Source of the DNA: Mantamonas sphyraenae STR306
Lineage: Eukaryota; Protista; CRuMs
Reading direction: 5' to 3'
Length of the DNA: 64,000 nt
Assembly: GCA_026936335.1 (NCBI GenBank)
Contig: JAPMXV010000010.1
Span: 62,001 to 126,000, forward strand
In this document: piece by piece, positions 48,350 to 59,105 of the stretch
Numbering within the stretch: position 1 is the stretch's first letter
Layout of the letters: the number at the start of each line of letters is the position of its first letter
The notes under the pieces: model-generated
Told to the model about the DNA's origin: nothing
Databases searched by the model: none
The model's input: the letters and a program-made list of their open reading frames with translations, nothing else
Position numbers and translations under genes: made by a program

Positions 48350-49688
48350 TTACAGAAAGTAGTCCGGCGTGCGGCGCGTCACATGCGGCTCGCCACGACG
48401 CGGCGCAGGGTCAAACTGCAGAAAGTTGTGCTTCAGGTGCTCGTCCACTTCCATGATCGCTGCCTGGTTGCCGCACCGGTAGCAGTAGTTCGGCGCAGAA
48501 AAGATCGTCACCACCTGCTCGGCGTGCGACCAGTTGTATCCCTCCATCACCAGCTGGTGAGCGCGCGACACAAGCTTCAGGCCGTTGGTGCGGTTGAACT
48601 GCTCGCTGATGTCCTGGCCAAACGTGTAGCCCGCTCCGCGAGGCGAGATGCCCCATCCACAGCGGTCGTCCGGGTCCGACCACAGCAGATCACACATCGG
48701 TCCCTCGTGCGGCACCTCCTGGATGCGATCCAGCGATCGGATGTGCTCCAGCGTGTCGATCGACGGCGACAGTCCTCCGTGCAGGCAGAAGATCTGGCTC
48801 TCGATCAGCGCCGTCAGCGGAAGGTAGTCAAACAGGTCCGTAAAGTACTTCCACACATTTGCGTTGCCGTACTTGCGCAGGCACTCGTCGTAGAAGCCAT
48901 ACCTGCACGTGTGTGCACACTCCCTTGTCAGCAACCCTTCCTCCTCTCGCAGTCCTTTGCCTTTCTTCTTCCTTCTGCTCTCTCGCGCGCGTTTTTTCCT
49001 TCTGCCCGCACGCACTCACTCAGCCCCACAACTCACACTTGCGTGATCTGACGCGACTCGTGGTTGCCTCGCAGGATTGTCACACGGTCCTTGAAGCGCA
49101 CCTTGAGTGCCACCAGCAGCGACACTGTCTCCACGCTGTAATAGCCGCGGTCGACGTAGTCGCCCATGAACAGATAGTTGGTGTCTGGGCATTCGCCGCC
49201 GATGCGGAACAGCTCCTCCAGGTCGTGGAACTGTCCGTGGATGTCGCCGCACACCGTCACCGGCGCGCTCACAGGCTGCACATTCGACTCTTCGATCAGC
49301 ACCTCGCGTGCCTGTGTCCATACGACGTTGTGCCACACGTAAACACCGGCCCCAAAACGCAAAACACACCAGCACACAAGCACACGCAAAAACACCTCTG
49401 TGTCAGCCACTCCATCCCTCACATGTCCAACTGCCCCTCCCATCCTCACACACGCCAATTCGATGATCTCCCTCCCCGTTTCCTGCCCTCTCTGCCCCTC
49501 TTTCATGCCTGTTTCTGGCTCTAGGCACATGCGGCCCTCTCGGCTGCTTCCCTTTCCATCCACCTCCTTCCCCTCCATACCTTGTCACACAGCTGCTTCA
49601 CCTGCTTCTCCGACAGCGGCGTGCACGTCCTCAGGATCTCAATGAAGCCGTCCACGTCGTCATAGTTCTGCTTCTTGATGTCGCTCAT
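48350..49688 (-). CDS. PPP2C: PP2A catalytic subunit, copy 2
   Basis: Same exons and motifs as copy 1; intact. Confidence 0.94.
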
Positions 49689-49987
49689 GGTTGGGGGTGT
49701 CGCTCGAGCGCAAAAGAGGGAAACTTTTTGGGTTGTTCGGGCTCTCGCGCACGTCTCCACCCACATCCATACCCAGTGCAAGAGCACAGACATCCATTCT
49801 GCACAGAGGGTAGGGTGGGATGAGAGGGGACACAAGGTGGGATGGGCGGCTGGAATGAGGGTGATGGCGGTGCTGGGGGAGGGTGAAAGAGCGGGTTGGT
49901 GAGGAAAAGAGGCGAGACGAGAAGGAAGCGGCGGATGCGCGCGACGGGAGGCAGTGCAAACACACCAACCAACCAAGACAGGTAACA

Positions 49988-52147
49988 ATGGGCAAGGAGC
50001 GTACGAAGAAGACACGTGAGGCGCCGGCGCCGTATGAGCGCCCGGGCAAGGGTGGCAAGGACGGCAAGTTCTCGCTGAGCGAGGCGACGCCCAAGAACTT
50101 TGGCATTGGCGGCAACGTGCAGCCGCGCCGCAACCTGAGCCGCTACGTGAAGTGGCCGCGCTACGTGCGTCTGCAGCGCCAGCGCCGCGTGCTTCAGCAG
50201 CGCCTCAAGGTGCCGCCTGCGCTGAACCAGTTCACGCGCACGCTGGACAAGAACACGGCGACTGCTCTGTTCAAGTTCCTGAGCAAGTACCGCCCGGAGG
50301 ACAAGAACGAGAAGAAGGAGCGTATGCGTGCGATTGCCGAGGCCAAGGCCGCTGGCAAGGAGTACGACCGTGGAGAGAAGCCGCGCGTGGTGAAGTTCGG
50401 CATCAACCACGTGACCGCTTTGATTGAGATGGGCAAGGCTGCTCTTGTGGTGATCGCCCACGATGTGGACCCGATCGAGGTGAGTGAAGATGGATGTGGG
50501 AGGAAGGGGAGGAGGAGGGAGAGTGTGTGGGAAGAGTGTGGAAGGTGTGCGGGGGAGTTTTTGTGTTTGTGGCGTGCATGCGAGAGGCGGCAGCAATTTT
50601 CTGCATGCGTGGCAGGGTGTGCTCGGAGGCGGAAGGGAGGCGATGGGCAATTGTGGAAGGATGGGGGACACGGAGGAGTGGGTGTGCATGGACTCGGAGG
50701 TGCATGGGGAACAGTCCGATGTGTGGCTGTGGAGAAAGGGGAAGGAGAAGCAAAGCGAAAGGAGGCAAAATGTGGCGGTGGCTTTCTCGTTGGATGAGGT
50801 CCTGAGGCAGCATGAGAGCTGTGTGACTGAGGGGCTTGTCTGCCACACGGGAAAGCGCAAGCAGAGAGCGCACGCACAGGCACCGTGTGGACTCGTGTGC
50901 TTCGGACCGATGGTGGTCTGGCACATGGCCGCAGAGTGTGTTTTTGTGCGTGTGGTGGATTTGGTCTTCTGCTTGCGCTTTCTGCAAGGTGTGTGGCCCA
51001 GGCAGGCTCATCAGGGCACAGTGCTCGATGGATCGATGACCCAACGCTGTGCAGAGACGGACGAGTGGGAGGAGTGTGGGGAGGAACGGAAGAGGTGAAA
51101 ACACGAGGGGTGTGTGTGGCGATGCGAGTTTGAGGATGAGGCGCTTTGAGTGAGATTGGTCGGCGAGGGGGGAACACAGGCTGTGTGTGCAGGACTGGGA
51201 GGACTGGGTGTGAAGGGAAGGAGTGCAGAGAAGAATGGGTGGACGAGAGAAAGAGGAGCAGAGCAGCATGTGCCTGTGCCTGTGCTGATGGGCCTGAAGG
51301 GAGACGGGAAACAAGCGTTGGTCGAGATGGATGTAAGAGAGAGTGCCTGTGTGCACCCGCTCATGTCCTTCTCGTGCCTTCTGTTTGTGTTACCCATTCG
51401 CCTTGTCAGACCCTGTCACGCAGGCACGGTACCATGCGTATCTGTGTCCTCTTGCGTTCGTCCGCCTTGCTCTGCGCTTCCTCCCGACCCCACGCCCCTG
51501 GTACCAGTATCCAACAGCCTTGACCCCTTCCCGCGTGTCTCTCCTTGCGTGTCTCTGTGTCCTCTACCCGTCTCGTGCATGCAACCCATCTGTGTTTGGC
51601 CGCTTGTGTTTGCTTCCTGCACTTGTCCACCTCGTTGCGCGTCCCTGCACAGCTGCAGTTGGTGATCATCAATCTAGCATGCCTGGGCTTGGTCCAACGA
51701 GGAATGAAGTGCGCCTCCTACGCTTGCGCAACCCCCACACCCACCCCCAACCTTGCGTTGTGTGGCTTTTTTCACAGCACTCGCTCACACACACACACAC
51801 GCACAATTCCCTGCTTCGCCCGTCTACCACAGCTGGTTGTGTGGATGCCCGCTCTGTGCCGCAAGTACGGTGTGCCTTACTGCATTGTGAAGGGTAAGGC
51901 TCGCCTGGGCAAGCTGGTGCACATGAAGACGGCGACCTGCGCCTGCCTGGTTGCGGACGACGTGCGTGCCGGTGACCAGCAGGAGTTCAACTCGCTGACC
52001 AGCCAGATCACGAGCGCCTTCAACGAGGAGCCGCGCCAGGTGCGCAACAAGTGGGGTGGCGGTATCCTGGGTGTCAAGTCTCAGGTTGCCCAGGACAAGA
52101 AGCGCAAGGCTGTCGAGGCCGAACTCGCTTCCCGCAGCAAGTATTGA
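49988..52147 (+). CDS. RPL7A: 60S ribosomal protein L7a, copy 2
   Basis: Same two exons as copy 1; intact. Confidence 0.95.
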
Positions 52148-52226
52148 AGAAGCCAACAAACAATCAAACCACCTCTCTTTGTCGCAGTCGATCCATATCC
52201 ATCCATCCATTGCCTCTCTTCACACT

Positions 52227-52517
52227 TCACATGCCCAGCTGTGCCAGCAGCTGCTCGTTCTTCTCGCACTCGTCCTGAAAGTCGCGCACAGCCTTGAAGT
52301 ATCGACGTTGCTGGTCAAGCAGGGTCAGATACTGCTCGTTCAGCTCTTCACTCTCTTGCAGCTGCGCATCTCGTTTCTCCTGTACCTTGTCCAGCGAGCG
52401 TTCGACGCCGTCCACGATGCCTGTGATCTGCTCGCCAAACTTTTCGCGGCCGCTCTTGGACGAGATCTCCTTGACGTTCTCGTTGATGGACTGGAGCAGA
52501 GACAGCTCCTGGCTGAT
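52227..52517 (-). pseudogene. Truncated 3' fragment of CCDC93
   Basis: Matches the last ~96 codons of 9101-9391; the upstream part is absent. Confidence 0.88.
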
Positions 52518-52711
52518 GGAGTCCATCAATTCATCTGTGCCCGATGGACCGCATGGGCCGCCTAACTGGTCTGTGAGGTGTGGGAGTGCTCCGCTCACTT
52601 CTGAATCCACAGCATCATCGCTCAGACCTGAGCTGTCCCCCCTCAGAATCATCAGAATCCCCGGAATCGTCGTCCTCTTCAACCCATTGGCGCAAATCAC
52701 GCTGTCCTTGA

Positions 52712-52837
52712 CCTTGTTCTGCTGCTGCCAGCTACAGGGTTTTGCGATTGCTCGCGCCCCCCTGTTGTCTGGTTCTGGATAGTTACCATAAGTTGACCAT
52801 TGAAGTGTCCTGCCTGATTCTGTGCCACAACTAGCAG
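52712..52837 (-). ncRNA. Candidate omegaRNA of Fz-B (scaffold to ~52735 plus a flank-derived guide)
   Basis: The sense strand reads ACAGGG-GGGC-GCGA-GCAA-TCGC-AAAA-CCCTG|TA, a GNRA-capped nested hairpin directly 3' of the Fanzor stop. Confidence 0.5.
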
Positions 52838-55800
52838 TCAGTTGATGTTGCCCTTGTCCTTGACCCACATGAGTGCCGGCGGTCGTGTGCCGCGGCGCAT
52901 CCAGGTCAGGAAAACCATCAGGATGTTTTCACAGGCCGACACGTCTCGGTCCTTGATGATTGGCCATCCTGAAGCACGCTGCAGAGTTGCCAGCAATGCC
53001 CCGCCCTGTGTACGGTCATTGTACGACACGCTGCACGCACAGCTTGCTTGCCTCCCGAATTTTTGCAAGTTTGATCCCACCTCGGCAACACCCTGCGCCT
53101 CGTGTCCACAGTTGGAGCAGCACTTGGTCGTACGGTGCTCGCTCTGCAGAAACACAGCGGCGTCTCGTGCAAGGAAATCGCGTGTCTTGGCGTCATTTGC
53201 GTTTCCTCCCCTCCACCCACGGGTGTTGCCCATCACAAAGACGACCACTGCCTTGGGACCAACCAGCTCCATTGCCACACGTCGCACATTGGACTTGAGC
53301 CGCTGAGCCTCTCGCATCTGGCCAACATGGACTTTTGCACGGATCTCCTTGTCGAGGATGCGTGCGCTTGACCGCGCTTGCAGCCCTTGTTGCCCAGACA
53401 TGTGCAGCCGCTTCTTGTGTGTATGTGTGGGAATAGTAACACTCTCTGCGTACACATCGGCACCTCGCAACCGCCCGTCCATTGGCCTTGCCACCGACCA
53501 GTGCGTCTTCCATGATCCCGTGTCAGCAACGGCAAGCACAACAACGGCAAGCGCTTGTTTGTGCTGCTGGACTTCTTCTTCACTGCATGGTGGACGCGTA
53601 TGCTTCGGGTTGACAACGCCGACAAACGGCCAAGCACGTGGGAGCCGGCTCACCACGTTGTGTGGAACCTTGCTTGCAAGTGGGTCCGGGAGGCGGCCGT
53701 TGAGAAGCATGCAGCGAGCACAGAACAGCACCACTTGTTTCTTTGACCAAGTAGAGGGCAGTTCGTCCTTCAGCCACCCCAGTGACCGCCCGCTGGGAAC
53801 CACAACGTCCCCCAGTGTCAGCCCGTATCTCTTGATCCGCTTCTCGGTCATCACAACGTTTGCTACGCCGCTGTTGAAGCGTAGCAGACGAACAACGCTC
53901 CCTGTGACCTGAAGGGTGCCAGTAGCGCACAGGAGTGCCCGTGCGGCCATTTTTGCGATACAAGGCACCAGCAGCGCACACAGAACAACGCTGGAGCTCC
54001 AAAAGTCGTCAGCGCGCCTCTGCATGTCCTCCTTGTTGTCAAGCACGTTGCCACACGCATCCAGACGTGCATACTTCTCCTGCGCATCCCAGAGCCACGG
54101 GGCAAGCTGAACCAGGTCGTCGCGTTTGTCGCAAACATAGTCGCGTAGGCTCTCCTTGGTAAAGGGTCCAGATTCCCGCAGGTGTCTCAGCAATGCACTC
54201 TCTTGCCCCTCCTCACTCATTTCCTCCGTGTCCATGCCTCCTCCTTTGCCGAGTAGCGAGGCCAGGAGCGTGCCCGAGATCGACACGGCATCCGTCATGC
54301 TGTGATCACTTGGGATGCCGCGCGTCGAGCCATCGTCAATGCGACTCGCAAGGTACTTTGCTGTACTTGTCGTCAGCGCACCCTTGCTCTTCGATTGGGG
54401 CTTTGCAAAGAACAACGACTTTTGCACATCCACCTTCGCGACGTTGCGGCACACGTCGTACACCACAGGCCACTTCTCTTCGTCCATGTCATCCTCCAAC
54501 CAGTCAAGCACGGCTTCCGGGATACGTTCTTCCACACGCGCTCTCTTGCTGCAGTTCGCTCCTCCGTCCTCGTCCTCGTTCGTGGATTCTTCACCGACCT
54601 CATCGGAACGGCTCCGCTTCCGCGCGTGCTTCTTGCCTTTGCCTTTGGCGTTGGGTTTGCCTTTCTTTCCCTTTCCTCCCTTTGCTTGTCGCTGCTGTTC
54701 CTTGCGTGCCCTTGTTTTGGGTTTTTTCGGCGCCCTTGCAAAGGTTGCCTTTTGCCACAACAAGCTTGTTTTGAGCTTCCTGCGCATCAGACCCATGCCT
54801 ATTCCAAAGTACTTGCATAAGACAAGCAGCGTTTGCGTCCGCGTCAACTGTGTTGTCTTTGCAGCTGTGACAAGTGCGTCGATCTGCATCTCCGTCGCAG
54901 CTCGCGTTGCCATGGCGGCCACAATCCCTTGCCACTTTACGCGCACATCCCCGTTCATCTTGCTGGCCCCGTCCATGGCTTGATCCATCTCCTCGTAGTC
55001 ACGATACCGGCCAAGCTGCTTTTTCAGATCCTCGTTGCTCATCAGCTCCACGGCCTTCCTCCTCGAGGACGAGGATGAAGACGAGGATGAAGACGACTCC
55101 ACCCGTCCCCTTGTCACTCTCTTCGTTTGCAGCACAGGGACGATTGTCCGCGTGTCACCGTGTTCCCGGATTTCGAAGTTTTGCGCAAGCACAGACCACG
55201 CACGCGGGCTCGTGTCTAACATCAAGGTGGTGATTTTGCCCCGGTACATGTCGCGAATACCCTCCCCCACGCACTTAAAGAAGCGATTTTGGACGTTCTG
55301 GTCTCCTAGCAGTCCATCGTTCGCCGCGTGCCCTCCGTCCGCGGCTGCTGCCACCAGCATCTCGCCCAGATTGGCGACAGCAGGGGACAGCACGATGTTG
55401 AACACTCGCGCAGCACATTCGAGAAGGTTTGTGCCCGCACGCAGCTCCTCCTTCTTGCTGTCCCACGGAGGGGTCGATTTTTGAAGAGGTGGGACCACCA
55501 CCGCTGCAATATCATGCTCGTCCGCCAGTGCGCCCAACAGGTCGCCCGGCACATCCTCCTCGCTCAATGTGCCGCACAGCTCGATTGCACCAGTCATCTT
55601 CCTGACGACAACCGCCTGGTCGGCTGCGAGTGATGCGTGTTTCTCGCGGGAACTTTCTGTGGCCTTGTGCTGCTGCTTGACGGCTGCCACGAGTGGCTGC
55701 ATCCCGTGCTGGTTGGCCAGCTCCTTCGCCGTTGTGCGCTCACTCTTGTTCTCGCTGAGCAGCCCGGCCTTGACCTCGTCCTCCAGCGAGTGCATCTCTG

Positions 55801-58390
55801 GGTCAAAATGGAAGAAATGGGCGCAGAGGTCCTGCCAGAGACACTCAAAAACATCTTGTGCCATCTTGCCACGTGCCCTACCCGGTTTCTTGCTCACCTC
55901 CAAGCATCCAATCCCTCCGTGGGAGAACTTGCGCACGCTGACGCACTGCTCAAATTCAGACCCGGTCACGTGGAAAAAGTGTTTCAGCGCATCGTGTACA
56001 TCATCGGCATCCCTCATCGTGAACGAGGAGAGGTCGTCCTTGCCCACGGCTGCCTTCCCATGGCACGTGGCTTGCTGCCCACGGACCAGTTTGCGTGTGT
56101 GTTTTGTCACCACGTTCGCCTTCTTGCCCTTGTTACCGCCACTCATCTTGCGCGCGTCCAAACGCAAGTGAACCGAATGCAAATCGTCATCCCCTTCAGC
56201 TGGCACATGCGCAGCGACGCACACGTCGCCTTCGTACACCAGCAAAAGATCACCTTGGTGTTGGACTCGCCGTGTCACAAGCTTCTCGTCGAATGTAGCC
56301 ACACTGGCCACAACGCTTCCCACGTATCCATTGCGCACTTTCCTTCGGTGCCACCTGTACCACGCCCACCGGTATGCGGGCTGTTTACACGTCAGCTTTT
56401 CACGAAACACATGTTGATCCACAGATTGGCCGCTCCGCAGTTTCTGGGTCCTACCTGCCTGCCCCGTCTCAAATACACGCCGCAGGCCGCACTCCACGTA
56501 TCTGGAGACGGAACGCAGGTGTTGGTTCAACTGGCTCACTTGATGCGCCTGCAGGGCCTGAAAGGCGGGAGCCAGCTTGGACGTTGATTTTGTCGTGCCT
56601 GCTGCAGTCTCCACCAGGGACTGCAGGCCGTGCACGAACTTGCACGTGAACTGGATCTCTGACTTTGGCCAGTGAGTGGGCTCTGGTTGCCCGTCTGCCA
56701 GGAGAAGCAACCGATGGCCGCCATGAGTCTCTCGCGCTCCGACACCAGCAAGCACTGCATGGCTGTACACACTGAGAGAGAGCGTCCCATCCGGAGTTGG
56801 CGTGTGATCGTTCCAGTCCATGAGAGTCGCTGCGCATGCCAGCACATGACGCGTTGCCTGAGACGTGACCATGACGGAGCCCTCAATCTTAAAGAAGATC
56901 TTGGACGTCGGCAGATCAGAAAGGGATCTCAGGTGATCGGAATCCACCCCAACGTCAGCCAGTACTGCCTTCTCATGGAACACACCATGCAGCAGCCTCT
57001 CCATCGCCCACAGCTGCTGCTCTGCCTCCACTGCTCCTTCAAATGCACCAGAGTGGACGAAGAGCACCCCATCGCCATGCCTGACCTCCTCCACCACTCC
57101 CTGGATACTCTCCAGCGTGTCTTTCTTCACTTTGGCAGCCCCAACGCAGTCGAAATGGACATGGTGGCTCAGATCGAGCTCCGGGAAAATCTCGGCAAAC
57201 TCGGCTGTGAAGTACACGTACAGTGCCTCGTCCTTGCCATTGGGTCCGGATGTGTCGTGATCTGGGTTACGTACGATGCTCTCCAGCAGCTCGTCCGCGT
57301 GGCCAGCGTCTTTTGGGTGGGCCAGGCCTCCCAGGACTTTATCCGCCGGTGTGTACTGCTCTGTTGCCACAATCAGCACACACGCATGAAAGTGTTGTCT
57401 GAAGGCAGCCAGGATTGCTTTGATAGCATTGGACAGGTCTAAGACCCATGTTTTGAGCACCTCCTGCTGTTGGTGTTTTGATTTCCCGCACAGGCGTGGA
57501 GGAAAGTAAACCAGGCCATCTGTAGAGAGTGAGAGTGTGAGTGTGGTGGAGCAAGGAGTCTGTCACACGCACGCTTACTTACACAGACAGGACAGGTCCA
57601 GATGCAGGTACATGTTCTGCAGATTCTCACTGCCAAACAAGTCTTGGATGAACGCGTCTTCGCTCGCACATTTGGCGACTGCCGCAAGCTTGTCCACGTA
57701 GCTCTGATCCTGGGAGAGGCACTCAGGACGCAGCATGATCCCACCACAGCCCTGGGCATAGCCGACAAGCTTATGTTTGGACTTGTGGAGGGAAGGTGAC
57801 CCTACCTTAGTCCCGGGAGGAAGCATGGTGACGATCAGCTCCTCATCATGGGTCTCAGCAGATACAACAGTTGGGTAGCTCAGTGCTGTTGCCTTCAGCT
57901 TTTCCAGCACACCGGCCTTGTCCTGCTGTTTGCGCTGTGACTTCGTCCGTGTTTGACCGTTTTTTTGCGCGTTGCTGTTCCCTTTCTGGACACACAGCCT
58001 AGCCAAGGTTTCCGCATGTTTCCTCAGGCGCACAACAATGTCCTGGTACATTGGGAAACGGTCGTCAATGTTCTCGGACAGTTGTTGCAGCAGCTCGGCG
58101 TTTGGCGACGTTTGGTCTGCCGATGGATTTCCGTCGAGGGCACTGAGAGTGTGAAACGCATCAAAAACAGGCTTCACCATGCTCACCAACTCGTCCTCGT
58201 ATTCGGACACGTCGCACAGACCGTCCAGCAACACGCAGGTCGCTTTGACTTTGCGTTTGCGAATCCTTCCTTTACCTCTGCGATTTGGCCGACGACGGCG
58301 CTGTCTCGAAGAGGATGTGGATGAGCTTGAAGATTCAGAGGCTGAGGACACTGAGGACGATGAAGAGCAAGATACGTCGACAATATCCAT
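52838..58390 (-). CDS. Giant Fanzor/TnpB-like endonuclease, ~1,829 aa (Fz-B); exons 58390-57583 and 57519-52838
   Basis: A 63-nt GTAAGT...CTACAG intron joins the 271-aa and 1540-aa ORFs in frame. RuvC-I LAVADTG (D at 53524), FVMGN, QSEHRTTKCCSNC (E at 53140), DRDVSACENI (D at 52945), C-terminal GTRP. Confidence 0.85.
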
Positions 58391-58564
58391 TGTTGTTGTT
58401 GTTGTTGGTAGGCAAGCGCACTTTGCTCCGTGGGTCGCTGCGCAACGTGACGGTGGTGCACAAGACGGGTTGTGAGAACAGGATGAATCACTATCATGTC
58501 ATCCATGATGTTGTGGTTGAATTCATGGACGCACAGACACACACGAGCTCGTTGTTGCCTGCCA

Positions 58565-58987
58565 TCACCATTTAAGCAAAAGGCGCGACACAACAATATT
58601 GATATCCTCCTCGAGCTCCAGAACTGTTTGTGGAAGTTCCTCCATACTCATGATGTGACTGAAGAGCTCCTGACGTGCCTCCAGCTGCTGTCGTTCAGCA
58701 TCTTCGTTTTCCATTCCGTCCACACTTTCTCTCTCCTGGGGTTGCGAATTCGTCCATCCCCAGACAACGACCAAATCTCTGCCGTTGGGGTGCACATCTC
58801 GCACACACAGTCCCTCGTGCCTGGCCAGCCTCCGCACCCAGTTGATTGCGTTCCCATCCCCGAGGCTGACATCGGTTTCTTTCTCCCATGTTGCGACCAG
58901 TGCGTTCAGTTCACGACAAGTGGATGGCAAATCGTGGTTGCTCATGTGTTGAAGAAAGCGTCTTCGCTCAAGTGCATCGGCGCTCAT
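58565..58987 (-). CDS. Hypothetical 140-aa ORF upstream of Fz-B
   Basis: ATG-initiated ORF with protein-like composition; no recognisable motif. Confidence 0.4.
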   Translation of the reverse strand: MSADALERRRFLQHMSNHDLPSTCRELNALVATWEKETDVSLGDGNAINWVRRLARHEGLCVRDVHPNGRDLVVVWGWTNSQPQERESVDGMENEDAERQQLEARQELFSHIMSMEELPQTVLELEEDINIVVSRLLLKW

Positions 58988-59105
58988 GTTTCCTTTCCAT
59001 TTGTTCTCGAGTTGCTTCCGCTGGCGCTTGCAACATCCCGTGCGACATGTGCGCAATCCACACACCCACCCTCGCTCTCTCCAGCTCTCCAGCTCTCCAA
59101 CTCTC

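Larger units (their letters stand above)
48045..52517 (+). repeat. Segmental duplication copy 2 (PP2A-C, RPL7A, CCDC93 3' end)
   Basis: Near-identical to 4927-9391, with scattered substitutions and small indels mostly outside coding sequence. Confidence 0.95.

Noticed and set aside
52518-52732. Extended omegaRNA running to the CCDC93 junction, with a guide targeting intact CCDC93 at ~9370-9391
   Set aside because: A hairpin (GTCCATC/GATGGAC) precedes the junction, but this stretch reads like degenerate acidic coding sequence, and the CCTG|TA at 52735 matches the element 1 end better. Disfavoured, not excluded.
52227-52868. 213-aa chimeric ORF fusing element sequence to the CCDC93 C-terminus
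   Set aside because: It overlaps the Fanzor stop and the RNA-like hairpin, and there is no evidence of expression; it is likely an incidental open frame.
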